DNA of 32,000 nucleotides from the NCBI GenBank assembly GCA_000175855.1, contig ACYB01000004.1, forward strand, positions 111,801 to 143,800, written 5' to 3'. Positions 1 to 9,444 of this stretch are shown one piece after another. Within the stretch, counting starts at the first letter, position 1, and every line of letters starts with the position of its first letter. Source of the DNA: Raphidiopsis brookii D9 (GTDB lineage Bacteria; Cyanobacteriota; Cyanobacteriia; Cyanobacteriales; Nostocaceae). The position numbers and the translations under genes were made by a program. The notes under the pieces were generated by a model, which did not search any database, was not told the origin of the DNA, and worked only from the letters and a program-made list of their open reading frames with translations.

Positions 1-234
1 TTCATCGCCTTGTCCAATACCACAGGCTTGTAGTCCTAAATGAAGTGCAGCAGTTCCGTTAACCACACAGGCAACTTGTCTTCCTAAAAAAGCAGTTAAT
101 TCTTCTTCAAAGAGCTTAACTTCTTCCCCCATGCCCAAGAATTCACGGTCTAGAACTGACATAACTGCCTGCTTTTCAGCGTCACTCAGGCAAGACTTCG
201 AAAGTCTAATTAATGATGGCTTGGTTGATATCAT
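1..234 (-). CDS. DegT/DnrJ/EryC1/StrS-family PLP sugar aminotransferase, N-terminal 78 codons only (gene runs off the left edge)
   Basis: Own minus-strand translation from ATG at 234: MISTKPSLIRLSKSCLSDAEKQAVMSVLDREFLGMGEEVKLFEEELTAFLGRQVACVVNGTAALHLGLQACGIGQGDE. The NGTAALHL..L...GIG.GDE block is the family signature. The start lies 2 nt after the stop of the rfbF-like gene. It is absent from the ORF track because the window edge truncates it. Confidence 0.75.
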   Translation of the reverse strand, partial: MISTKPSLIRLSKSCLSDAEKQAVMSVLDREFLGMGEEVKLFEEELTAFLGRQVACVVNGTAALHLGLQACGIGQGDE

Positions 235-236
235 CT

Positions 237-1019
237 CTATTCTTTTATCCAGGGAGGCTTACCACTTTTCCAAAGACTTTCCAGTAGATCCAAATCGCGT
301 TTTGTGTCCATACACTGCCAAAAACCGTCATGTTGATAGGCCATTAGTTCGCCCAAAGCGGTTGCTTTTTCTAAGGGTTCAGCTTCTAGCACTGTGTCAT
401 CACCAGCTATTAAATCAAAAAAACTAGGTTCGATTACAAAAAACCCCCCGTTGATCCACCCCTGGCGAAGTTGGGGTTTTTCCTCAAAAGAAATCACTTG
501 ACCGTCACAAATTTCCAGTTCCCCAAATCTGGCGGAGGGTCTCACCGCCGTAATTGTGACCATGCGACCATGATTATAATGGTAGGATAGGAGGTCATCT
601 AGGTTGATGTTTGCTAAACCATCACCATAAGTTAGAAAACAGGTTTCATTACCAATCAGGGATTGTAATCTTTTAACTCTCCCCCCTGTCATGCTTTTAA
701 GTCCAGTTTGTATTAACGTAACCTGCCAATCAATTTCTTTCTTCTTGACAGTTTGTACCTGTCCTGTGGCGAGGTCAATCGTAAAATCGGCATTGAGGGT
801 AGGGTAGTTGAGAAAATACTGTTTAATGACTTCTGCTTTGTAGCCACAAGCAATGTAAAAGTTTTTATGCCCGTAGTTATCAAATAGTTGCATGATATGT
901 AATAGAACAGGCAAACCGCCGACGGAAACCATGGGTTTAGGTATAATATCAGTATATTCAGCTAATCTAGTGCCAAAACCCCCGGCTAAAATAATAACTT
1001 TCAAGGTTTTAGACTCCAA
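237..1019 (-). CDS. rfbF: glucose-1-phosphate cytidylyltransferase (CDP-glucose pyrophosphorylase)
   Basis: 260-aa ORF with the nucleotidyltransferase signature VIILAGGFGTRLAEYTDIIPKPMV. It is collinear over its full length with enterobacterial RfbF/DdhA as I recall it (MTGGR.KR, TYGDG.A, INGGFFV, GFWQCMDT.RD, C-terminal PW). It is paired with an rfbG-like gene. Confidence 0.9.
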   Translation of the reverse strand: MESKTLKVIILAGGFGTRLAEYTDIIPKPMVSVGGLPVLLHIMQLFDNYGHKNFYIACGYKAEVIKQYFLNYPTLNADFTIDLATGQVQTVKKKEIDWQVTLIQTGLKSMTGGRVKRLQSLIGNETCFLTYGDGLANINLDDLLSYHYNHGRMVTITAVRPSARFGELEICDGQVISFEEKPQLRQGWINGGFFVIEPSFFDLIAGDDTVLEAEPLEKATALGELMAYQHDGFWQCMDTKRDLDLLESLWKSGKPPWIKE

Positions 1020-1447
1020 TCAAATGTGATAAAGTCGATATCAGCTCGGTCAGATTCCTTGGGGTCATGCTCTATGTCAGCAATATTGAGGACAAGATTG
1101 AGATTTTGACTCACCCCCTGAAAAGCCATCCAAATACCCGGGGGAATCGTCAGGCGACGATAATCTTGATCTTCGGGAGAAAGAATGAAAGATTCAACCC
1201 TTCCATAACTTGTTGATTCTGGACGATCATCATACAAAACAAACCGAATACACCCACAGGGAACAACCAGATTAAGGGTCATTTGGTTATGGCGTTTCCA
1301 AGGTTTAATTGTTCCATAGTGAATGGTTGAAAAATAAGCCTCACCAAATTTTACGTAACCTGGATCAGATGCTTTGATTCCATGCAAGACATCACCTGCA
1401 TCCGAAGGAATACGTCGAATAGGGGTTAGAATTACACCGTCTAACAT
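1001..1447 (-). CDS. small RmlC-like cupin sugar-nucleotide epimerase/isomerase (3,5-epimerase-like or WxcM/FdtA-like)
   Basis: The track ORF is 1001..1540. The ATG at 1447 (MLDGVILTPIRR...) overlaps the rfbG stop (ATGTTAG) and gives a 148-aa protein of typical cupin size. The sequence is beta-rich (GDVLHGIKAS, GEAYFSTIHYGTIKPWKRH). The assignment rests on general resemblance and context, not on a strict motif. Confidence 0.55.
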   Translation of the reverse strand: MLDGVILTPIRRIPSDAGDVLHGIKASDPGYVKFGEAYFSTIHYGTIKPWKRHNQMTLNLVVPCGCIRFVLYDDRPESTSYGRVESFILSPEDQDYRRLTIPPGIWMAFQGVSQNLNLVLNIADIEHDPKESDRADIDFITFDWSLKP

Positions 1448-2517
1448 ACTAAACTTCCTTTGATCCGTTCCTCGTAGTGGGCGATTTGTTCCTGGGTAAC
1501 TTGCCACGTGTTGTGGCCTGAATAGTGTTTCTGGTACCATTCCGTGGTTAAGGCAACCGTTTCATCAAAGTTGAGCGTCGGTTTCCAACCAAGACAATGC
1601 ATGGCTTTATCACAACAAAGTTTGAGTAGTCCAGCTTCATACGGAGAAGGTGAGTTAGAACAATCTATCCAGTCCCTGTTTTTCCAGTGCTGTCTCATTG
1701 CGTCTAGCAAATTCCCAACAGTATAGTTTTGGTCAGCAGCAGGTCCAAAGTTAAAGCTTTCACCGTTGAGAAGTGGATTATTTGGTAATTTTACGGCCAG
1801 AGTTAAATAACCGGATAGAGGCTCTAGAACGTGCTGCCAAGGACGGGTAGCATGGGGATTACGGATCAAGACAGGTTGATCAGATGACCAAGCTCTTATG
1901 GTATCTGGGATAATCCGATCGCCTGCCCAATCTCCACCCCCAATGACGTTTCCAGCTCTCCCTACTGCCACTTTTACGAGTGAGTCGTTAGAGCTAAAGT
2001 AAGATTCGGCATAGCTACGAATGACCAATTCAGCCGCTCCTTTAGAACCACTGTAGGGATCTTTACCTCCTAAACGATCGGTTTCTCGATAGCCCCACAC
2101 CTGTTCAACGTTGTCGTAACATTTATCACTGGTAACCAGAATAGCAGTACAGGCATGGGTGGAAAGTCTCAGGGACTCAAGAATATTGAGCGTCCCCACA
2201 ACATTAGTGGTAAATGTGGCGTGGGGTTCTCTATAAGAGAGCCTAACAAGGGGTTGAGCCGCAAGGTGAAAGATAAAATCTGGTTGATATTGTTGAATTA
2301 GTTGTTGGCAGGTTTCTAAGTCTTCAATATTTCCCCAGATGTGGGTAATGCGAGACTCAAGATTGGCAGATTCAAAGTGACTAGGCTGTGATGGAACGTC
2401 TTTAGATACTCCGATTACCTTAGCTCCATGACGGAGCAGCCAAGCAGTAAGCCAAGATCCTTTAAAGCCAGTGTTTCCCGTAATTAGGACAGACTTGTTG
2501 GTGAAAGCTTGTAACAT
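1441..2517 (-). CDS. rfbG: CDP-glucose 4,6-dehydratase
   Basis: 358 aa with VLITGNTGFKGSWLTAWL Rossmann motif, VTSDKCYDN, DPYSGSKGAAE (YxxxK), RAGNVIGGGDW and RPWQHVLEPLSGY. These are collinear with RfbG/DdhB as I recall it. Confidence 0.9.
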   Translation of the reverse strand: MLQAFTNKSVLITGNTGFKGSWLTAWLLRHGAKVIGVSKDVPSQPSHFESANLESRITHIWGNIEDLETCQQLIQQYQPDFIFHLAAQPLVRLSYREPHATFTTNVVGTLNILESLRLSTHACTAILVTSDKCYDNVEQVWGYRETDRLGGKDPYSGSKGAAELVIRSYAESYFSSNDSLVKVAVGRAGNVIGGGDWAGDRIIPDTIRAWSSDQPVLIRNPHATRPWQHVLEPLSGYLTLAVKLPNNPLLNGESFNFGPAADQNYTVGNLLDAMRQHWKNRDWIDCSNSPSPYEAGLLKLCCDKAMHCLGWKPTLNFDETVALTTEWYQKHYSGHNTWQVTQEQIAHYEERIKGSLVC

Positions 2518-2540
2518 ACAGGTTTAAAAGTAAATGGCAT

Positions 2541-3425
2541 TTATGTTTTACGAGCTACTGCTAAAATATACCTTCCACCATCAGGAACCTCAGAAGCTAA
2601 GTTTAGTTCCAACTTCATCAGAGCTTCTCTTTCTGAATCGTCCAACAAAGAAGGTTGAACAATGCCATCATGGGGGTCATGCCCCTTCATGCCTGATAAA
2701 ACCCCAATTCCTACAAGATCAAGTAAAACCAGGCCGAACTTCGATAAAATCTCACGAATTTCTGTTGAAGTTTGCCAAGTAAACTCTACTGGAGACCCTA
2801 CACCAATCCTACCTTGGGTCTGAGTTATTAGCATGTCAACATTATCCCAGAATCGGTGGCGGGCAATTGTTAAAGCATAGAAATACTTCGTCTTAAAAGA
2901 CATTACTACGACTCCTCCAGGCTTGAGCACTTCCACAATTTTAGGTAAATCAAGCTTCCATTTTGGATAAAAAAAGGTAACCTCAGTCATGAAAACTATG
3001 TCACAAGTACCAGCCTTAAGTGATTTTAAACATTCTGAAATGCTTTGGACTCTATAATCAATGTTGGTAACTAATGCCTCACTGGCATACTTTTTTGCAG
3101 TAGAAATTGCGGTAGCTGAAAAATCGCAGGCAATTACTTGAGTATTAGGAAAAAGACGCGCCAATGGCAGGGTAAAACGACCTTGAGAACAGCCCAACTC
3201 CAGGACCTGATTAGGTTCTAACAGTTTCTCTATGTGTGGGAGTATAAATTTCCAATACTGCTGGAAATAATATGGTTCGTCCGGTGCAGTAACCATATCA
3301 TATTGTGTTGATTTTTGGACTAATTTAGATTGAATGTCTTCAGGTTCAAAATCCTTAGCTAGGTTAAATACGATTCTCGATAGTTTGCCGAAAATCCGAC
3401 CTATCAGTAGAAGAACGTAGTACAT
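2541..3425 (-). CDS. class I SAM-dependent methyltransferase
   Basis: 294 aa with motif I VLELGCSQGRFTLPLA, an acidic residue after strand 2 (VIACDFS), DIVFMTEV and PGGVVVMSF. Confidence 0.75.
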   Translation of the reverse strand: MYYVLLLIGRIFGKLSRIVFNLAKDFEPEDIQSKLVQKSTQYDMVTAPDEPYYFQQYWKFILPHIEKLLEPNQVLELGCSQGRFTLPLARLFPNTQVIACDFSATAISTAKKYASEALVTNIDYRVQSISECLKSLKAGTCDIVFMTEVTFFYPKWKLDLPKIVEVLKPGGVVVMSFKTKYFYALTIARHRFWDNVDMLITQTQGRIGVGSPVEFTWQTSTEIREILSKFGLVLLDLVGIGVLSGMKGHDPHDGIVQPSLLDDSEREALMKLELNLASEVPDGGRYILAVARKT

Positions 3426-3459
3426 AAATTATTTAGTAATTTGGCTATACTAGGCTATT

Positions 3460-5280
3460 CTATAAGAAAACCGACAGGGTTTGATCGGATGTTTGATTTA
3501 ATCCTGCCAGGAATTTCTGGCGAATTTTTCGAAATTCATCGTCATACCACTGGGTATCAGTCAGAAAAACCTCTTCTAAACGCTGACAGAGGTTTTTAGG
3601 GGAGACCGACCTTAGTATAGGAAATTCATTTTCTAGGAAATCTCCATAATTCCAGGACGAGGTTAGTTCGCGTCCCAAAGATATGGCTACGCGGCCTGAC
3701 AGTAAGACATCAATAATAGATGCAGTGGACATTACTAAACAGCAGCGGGAAATTTTTAATAAATCTGTCATTTCACCTTCACACCATTGCCAGTCCTGGG
3801 GTAAATCAGTCCATCCCATGTGAGACAGAAGGATGTTGATTTCTCTGCGGGACATCATGGGATGAGGCTTGAGAATCACAGAAGATTTAAGATAATTACG
3901 AACCCAATCGAAATGAGCATATATTCCATCTAGCATCTCCACTGCGCCCTGCAGATCTAAGGGTAAGGGAATACCCAGACAGTTACCACTGTTTTCAGTT
4001 GCAGTTTGGACAAAGTTCTGTCTTAAACCTGGTCCTGACAAAAGTTTTTTTTCATCAAGTCCCCGGGAAATCAAGACTGAATGACCCAAACCACCATTTG
4101 TAACAATTATATCGGGGAAAAACTTCGACTCTGACTCGCCCAAAGGAATGTGATATCCCAAAAAATCTGAAGCTACCAGACTATGATAATAACCTATGGA
4201 CTTGCTTTTGTTTCCGAGTACAAATCTACAAAAATAGGGTTGAACCCGCTCTGGTTGCATTGATTCAAAATGGGTAATTGAAACCAGTTTTGTCAGATTA
4301 TTTCCCCATCGCCGTAAAGCCGGAAGATACAAAAGAAAACGGGAAACAGAAATCCCGGTGGTTAACTGTCGAAAACGTTCCCTGATGAGTAAGAACTCCA
4401 GATGAAAATTATCTTTATATGGAATAGATTTGCGGATAGTTGAAACTGTTTTAATTCCATCGTAGAAAGCCCTCACGTAATCACGCCATGTTAGCCAATC
4501 TTCTGGAAGAAAACAGGAAGAATCACGGAGTTTTTGATACACCTCTTCTAGTGGTAGGGAAACATTGTAAAGCCAAGGTAGACGATAAACTTGCTTACCC
4601 TGCTTTTCTAGCCATTCTGGTAAAACAGTAAAGTATCTACAGGCAAGCGGCCCATCTTTGTTGAAAGCTTTATCATCCAGACATTGGTTGATTAGATATA
4701 CTTCGCCTTGGGGAGGTTGTAAATTAAAAGGGCGAGAAATTTGAGCAGCCCTATGGTGTTTCCAGAACTGAAGAATTTGCCGGGCAAAATTCACACAGGC
4801 CCTGAGGATGAGATAACTAGTCTCGAATGCCATAGTGATCTGCCATCCAATCTGGCAGCGAAGTTGAACAGTCGATTCTAGATTTGTCTTAGCTGCTGCG
4901 AGGACATAGCTATTTTCACAAACAACTAAAATCTCGTCTGGATAGGAGGCGTTTGTGGTAATCCATGACTTAAGAGCTGAAATGTGGATAACATCATCAA
5001 AAAACCGACAGGACACGTTGTTACGCCCCGCTAAGTCGGTCATCCACCAGTGTATAGAGTCGTTATTAGCCTCCCGTTGACGACGAATCCAGTCAAGAAT
5101 TAATGGACGTTGCCTGATAGACTCGATTTGAATAAATTCCTTCAGGGAAATGCGATTGCCAACCAATTGCTTTTCCCAAGTTTTCATCCTAAGGTAATCT
5201 CGTCCGATGTAAATCCAAGGTCCCTTCCAAGATTTGGAATTAAGGTTTAGAAAATGAGTATGAGTTAGAAAAATACACAT
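3460..5280 (-). CDS. large uncharacterised protein, possible GT-B-like glycosyl/ulosonyl transferase
   Basis: 606-aa ORF; an alternative ATG at 5187 gives 575 aa. I can tie no motif to a named family. The C-terminal third (SSVILKPHPMMS ... LVMSTASIIDVLLSGRVAISLG) resembles the x-HP nucleotide-sugar-binding half of TagF/KpsS/sialyltransferase-type enzymes. The CDS itself is likely real (long ORF, operon context), but the function is speculative. Confidence 0.45.
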   Translation of the reverse strand: MCIFLTHTHFLNLNSKSWKGPWIYIGRDYLRMKTWEKQLVGNRISLKEFIQIESIRQRPLILDWIRRQREANNDSIHWWMTDLAGRNNVSCRFFDDVIHISALKSWITTNASYPDEILVVCENSYVLAAAKTNLESTVQLRCQIGWQITMAFETSYLILRACVNFARQILQFWKHHRAAQISRPFNLQPPQGEVYLINQCLDDKAFNKDGPLACRYFTVLPEWLEKQGKQVYRLPWLYNVSLPLEEVYQKLRDSSCFLPEDWLTWRDYVRAFYDGIKTVSTIRKSIPYKDNFHLEFLLIRERFRQLTTGISVSRFLLYLPALRRWGNNLTKLVSITHFESMQPERVQPYFCRFVLGNKSKSIGYYHSLVASDFLGYHIPLGESESKFFPDIIVTNGGLGHSVLISRGLDEKKLLSGPGLRQNFVQTATENSGNCLGIPLPLDLQGAVEMLDGIYAHFDWVRNYLKSSVILKPHPMMSRREINILLSHMGWTDLPQDWQWCEGEMTDLLKISRCCLVMSTASIIDVLLSGRVAISLGRELTSSWNYGDFLENEFPILRSVSPKNLCQRLEEVFLTDTQWYDDEFRKIRQKFLAGLNQTSDQTLSVFL

Positions 5281-5399
5281 ATTTCCATAAAGATATGGTA
5301 GCTACTTAGGCTTTAGGCGAGATTGGCCATTCCAAGAAACGAGATGAATGAGGGCATCGAAGATATTGATCTCCCGCTTACTAAAGACCAACACCGACC

Positions 5400-6308
5400 T
5401 CAGGAAACAATTGCAATTAGATAATCACACCAACCACTACGCTTTAAATCCTCAGCATAAGCCCTCTCAGTTTCTTGGGAAAATATATGTGAATACTTCC
5501 TAAAACCACCAGGCTTTCCAGTCATAAGCCAATGAATGTGATTAGACAAGTCATATCGCTGCCCAGGAAATATTTCAAATGGACGGTCCAGCCCAGCAAG
5601 AACGTATTTCAGCGATTCTGGTGTGAAATACCAATGATGTGCCCGCCACCAATAAAACTTCTCAAACTCCGGAACTTTGTAAAACGAAATAAGAGGGTCA
5701 TTGCCATTGGGAACCTCAAACATCATTTTACCGCCTGGCTTTAAAAACGGTAAAAGCGACTTTAAAAATGAAAGTGGATCAGTGACATGTTCCAAAACAT
5801 AATAGTGCAACAGAATATCAAAATAACCAGTATGATCTCTGTTCAGTGCATCCATACTAGCCACGGTTTTTACACCTTTACTATTGGCAAAGTCACGATA
5901 CTGATGACTTAACTCCACACCGATCACCTCACAACCACTATCTTGTAGTGGTTTCAACATGAACCCAGATGACGAACCAATTTCTAAAACTCTCGAACCT
6001 GCTGGACATAGTTTGTCAAGCCAGGGTTTGCGCAACGGCATTTCTCGGGATGACAACGACTTAAATTGACTTTCTGGATCGCTCCAACTTTCGTCTCCGG
6101 AACGCTTAGCCATCCATTTATCAAACTCATTTTCGTAGAAAGCCTTGTCGTCTTCTCTAGAAGTAACGGGATAAAGATAAATAGCATTACAATCGTTACA
6201 CTGCCAGAAAGCTTGCTCGGAAACACCACCATAAACATCAGTTGAGCGAATCCTTTGATGGGGCTTACTTGAGTTGCATAGTGGGCATACTTGAGGTTCT
6301 AACTTCAT
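5400..6308 (-). CDS. class I SAM-dependent methyltransferase with N-terminal four-Cys zinc ribbon
   Basis: 302 aa with CPLC ... CNDC near the N-terminus, motif I VLEIGSSSGFMLKPL, EVIGVELS and PGGKMMFEVPN. Confidence 0.75.
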   Translation of the reverse strand: MKLEPQVCPLCNSSKPHQRIRSTDVYGGVSEQAFWQCNDCNAIYLYPVTSREDDKAFYENEFDKWMAKRSGDESWSDPESQFKSLSSREMPLRKPWLDKLCPAGSRVLEIGSSSGFMLKPLQDSGCEVIGVELSHQYRDFANSKGVKTVASMDALNRDHTGYFDILLHYYVLEHVTDPLSFLKSLLPFLKPGGKMMFEVPNGNDPLISFYKVPEFEKFYWWRAHHWYFTPESLKYVLAGLDRPFEIFPGQRYDLSNHIHWLMTGKPGGFRKYSHIFSQETERAYAEDLKRSGWCDYLIAIVS

Positions 6309-6507
6309 AATTATCGTCCTAATTGGCTAAACATTCACATTTCAGCAGCAAAATAGCAACACCCACTGGGATCTTCGAAAAATACAAATCTTATTAGGAA
6401 TGAGAATTAGATCTAAATTGTTTGATCCAAATTGTTTTGGGATTCAGGATTCGAAATAAGGTAACTAACCAAGGCGAGCTATTGCCCTAACAATTTTACA
6501 TATCAAT

Positions 6508-7458
6508 TTAGAGATTTGGTAGCATCTCTGAAGGAAGTGTTCTAACCCAATCAGCCATGACTTTTAAACCCGATTTTAAATCGGTTCTGGGAACCCAGTC
6601 TAAATCACCAACCAAGCTCGAATTATCCCCATAAATGCCAAATTGATCCTTTGGCGTTCCATCCCCAAAGGTAATTGGATATTCATCGGCTTTTTTCCCA
6701 AAAGCGTCTAAAATATAATCGATTAACTCCCATACATACGTCTTTGTTCCAGTTGACACGTTGTATATCTTTCCAGATGCTCTATTATCTAACGACTTCA
6801 CAAAAGCATCTACGACATCATCGACATAAATAAAATCACGAAATCTATCTTTGGAGCCTTTGACATGGATGGGAACATTCTTTGCAACGTAACTCATAAA
6901 TATGCTTACCATGCCCTGCTTCATATTCTTCATGTCTTGAAGAGGACCGTACACATTGAACAAGCGAAGGCATGTAGTATGAATCCCAAATCCCTGATAA
7001 ATCTTACATAGATATTCAGATGCCACTTTACCAACCGAATAAGGGGATGGCGGTTTTATTTCGGAATCTTCACTCACGGGGAGATTCAAAGGATCCCCAT
7101 AGATATTCATTGTGCTAGCAAATATAAACCTTGGGACTCTCTTAGCTAACGCCCACTTGAGTAAAAAAATTGTTGACAGTGCATTGGCCTTGAGGTCATA
7201 TGTCGGATTTTCGAAAGACAACTCTTGACCAACATGTGATGCCAAGTGAAATATCGCATCAACTCCGTTATCCGGGAGAAGAGAAAATGAATCCTCAGTC
7301 GTCAAGTCCATCCAGATAAAGTGAGCTCCTCCAGGTATGTTTCGCTCATGACCGGATGAGAGATTGTCAACCACTATTACATCCCACCCGTCATCAATGA
7401 GCCGCACTACAAGATGGGATCCAATGAAACCGGCTCCCCCAGTAACTATTGCCTTCAT
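6508..7458 (-). CDS. NAD-dependent epimerase/dehydratase (extended SDR, UDP-hexose 4-epimerase-like)
   Basis: 316 aa with VTGGAGFIGSHL, ASTMNIYG and SPYSVGKVASE (YxxxK). An AAGGAGG Shine-Dalgarno sits just upstream, and the start overlaps the upstream stop as ATGA. Confidence 0.85.
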   Translation of the reverse strand: MKAIVTGGAGFIGSHLVVRLIDDGWDVIVVDNLSSGHERNIPGGAHFIWMDLTTEDSFSLLPDNGVDAIFHLASHVGQELSFENPTYDLKANALSTIFLLKWALAKRVPRFIFASTMNIYGDPLNLPVSEDSEIKPPSPYSVGKVASEYLCKIYQGFGIHTTCLRLFNVYGPLQDMKNMKQGMVSIFMSYVAKNVPIHVKGSKDRFRDFIYVDDVVDAFVKSLDNRASGKIYNVSTGTKTYVWELIDYILDAFGKKADEYPITFGDGTPKDQFGIYGDNSSLVGDLDWVPRTDLKSGLKVMADWVRTLPSEMLPNL

Positions 7459-8312
7459 TTTTCCTCCTTCTGTCGTAAGCGTGATTTAACTTCCCACACC
7501 CCGAATCTGGTTTCCAATTGTTGCACTTGCTCCATACCTAGTGAGCTTCGAACCTTTAGCTCATTATTAAAATATGCAATAGACACGTCATCTTGACAGA
7601 TTTTTTGATAATCTCCAGCAAGGGATTTTACCTTGCCCCATCTTTTTTTTAGGAAGTTCTCAGCTTCAATCGAATGTGATTGGCATACATTTCCCTCAAT
7701 AGAGTTGATTGCTTTAAGTCCAAGTTTTTTCCTAGTCAGGTTTATATATGCGGTGTCCGTATGGAGAAATGTATAGTATGCATCGTCAACCGCGACTACA
7801 CTACCATCTTTTAAAAAGGGATCGACCAGATTGAGCTCACCTTCCACATTTTCCCATACATGCTCACTGTCATGCATAGTAAAGTGTACAGTGTCTGTCC
7901 ACTCGGAAGTAATACCAATGCCTAAGTATGGAGATCGACTGTTGTAGCCAATAAGTTTCCAGACAGAATTAATATTGGCACTAAATAGAGTACAAATAGT
8001 TTCAACGCAGGCAGTACGAATTTCTGAACCTTTTTTCGAGTTAAAGTCCCATGTTAAAGCTAACCCATGGTGCTTGATTGCATAGAAAACTATCGCAATC
8101 GAGCTAGCACCAACACCTGTCTCAATCAAACATAGTTTTTCACCTGTTATGGTTGCACGATTACCCAAGTCATGAATTATGGTACAAATTGTAGCGAACT
8201 CAGAATCTGGAATTGAATTTATCCATCGCGGTAACAGCCGTTTTACAGAAATCAGATAATTAATCTCTTCATCTAAGTTTTTAGGACATGATCCTAGGAA
8301 AAAATCGTACAT
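7455..8312 (-). CDS. hypothetical protein, possibly a TylF/CmcI-like methyltransferase fold
   Basis: 285-aa ORF in operon context. LIETGVGASSIAIVFYA looks like a degenerate SAM motif I, and DGSVVAVDDAYY resembles the TylF-type region. The functional evidence is weak. Confidence 0.4.
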   Translation of the reverse strand: MYDFFLGSCPKNLDEEINYLISVKRLLPRWINSIPDSEFATICTIIHDLGNRATITGEKLCLIETGVGASSIAIVFYAIKHHGLALTWDFNSKKGSEIRTACVETICTLFSANINSVWKLIGYNSRSPYLGIGITSEWTDTVHFTMHDSEHVWENVEGELNLVDPFLKDGSVVAVDDAYYTFLHTDTAYINLTRKKLGLKAINSIEGNVCQSHSIEAENFLKKRWGKVKSLAGDYQKICQDDVSIAYFNNELKVRSSLGMEQVQQLETRFGVWEVKSRLRQKEEK

Positions 8313-8475
8313 AGTAGTGACCTACATGAATGGTTATTTTAAGGGTAGCAGCGATAAAAAACTGACCTTGTTCAACAATGGGATGATTTAACCAAATTTT
8401 CAACGACTTTTAAATGGTTTCGCATCTCACTTCATCTTGCAAATATGCAACGCTAAAAAACTAGCCAGTTTAAAC

Positions 8476-9444
8476 CTAAAAGATTTCGGTATAATTTCGA
8501 GCCGGCTTCGCTGAGTCGAGTCCAATTATTGCGGCACGTCCCATTGCTAAAACAGCCTCCCCGGTGCTTCCCCCAATGTGTCCAGTGGCAATCAAATTAG
8601 GTAAATTGAGAAGTTCCAAATCCAGTGGTGGCTCTTCATTAAATACGTCTAATGCGGCTCCCGCCAAGTAGCCATCTTTCAAAAGCTGCTTGAGACCAGA
8701 CTCGTCTACAATCCCACCACGAGCAAAGTTAATGAGACATGCTCCTTTTTTCATTAGTTTTAACCGCTCAAGACTAAACATCTTGCGAGTGGAGATATCC
8801 AGGGGGAGATGAATGGTTACCACATCTGCATCAGAAAGAAGGTCTTCTAACGATACTGGAACAATGTCTTTGGCTATATAGAACTCTGCATAGTTCTTGA
8901 TATCGTGTGCGAGAATACGACAACCAAACCCACTTAACAAAATGGCAACCTCTTTACCAATGTGACCGCAACCGACTATGCCAACTGTCTTTCCAGTTAG
9001 TTGACGACCTTGTAATTGCCGCCATTGACCTGCTCGTACTTCCGCATGACTTTCGGAAGTTCGATGCAATAAGGAAATCGCAGCGGCAATAACCATTTCC
9101 GCCACAGAGCGCCTGTTTACCCCACCTTTCCAACCTAATTGGACTCCGTGACGATCCATAGCTTCAAGATCAATCGTGTCTAGTCCGACTCCATACTTGC
9201 TGATAACTTTCAATTGAGGTAGCTGTGCTAAAAGATTTTCGTCAATTTTCTCAAGCGCAGTGATGGCTTTGTCGTGACCTTGTAGAAACTCTACAAGGTC
9301 ATTTCCTGCCAATACTTGGCCAGATTCGTTAAATGTTACTTGTGCGTAACTGGCAAGAAGTTCTTGACGTAGATCGAAATGACGCGAAAACGAACGGGAT
9401 GTAACGGCAACTCGGCTAGTTGTATTAAGTACTTTATTAGCCAT
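8476..9444 (-). CDS. D-isomer-specific 2-hydroxyacid dehydrogenase (PGDH/GHPR-like)
   Basis: 322 aa with NAD motif GKTVGIVGCGHIGKEVA, NFARGGIVDE and the catalytic His context ATGHIGGST. The start overlaps the upstream stop as ATGGCTAA. Confidence 0.85.
   Translation of the reverse strand: MANKVLNTTSRVAVTSRSFSRHFDLRQELLASYAQVTFNESGQVLAGNDLVEFLQGHDKAITALEKIDENLLAQLPQLKVISKYGVGLDTIDLEAMDRHGVQLGWKGGVNRRSVAEMVIAAAISLLHRTSESHAEVRAGQWRQLQGRQLTGKTVGIVGCGHIGKEVAILLSGFGCRILAHDIKNYAEFYIAKDIVPVSLEDLLSDADVVTIHLPLDISTRKMFSLERLKLMKKGACLINFARGGIVDESGLKQLLKDGYLAGAALDVFNEEPPLDLELLNLPNLIATGHIGGSTGEAVLAMGRAAIIGLDSAKPARNYTEIF

Noticed and set aside
131-427. Plus-strand track ORFs antisense to the sugar genes. 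Examples are 131-427, 1544-1726, 2534-2782, 13299-14003, 19252-19596, 21434-21860 and 25911-26123.
   Set aside because: Each lies wholly inside a longer minus-strand gene that has clear family motifs. They are low-complexity shadow frames with no recognisable domains or start context.
5984-6238. Same-strand out-of-frame nested ORFs: 5984-6238, 11743-11979, 12622-12960, 14279-14461, 19499-19696 and 26203-26394.
   Set aside because: They overlap well-supported genes in another frame and have no motifs or independent ribosome-binding sites. They are most simply chance open frames.
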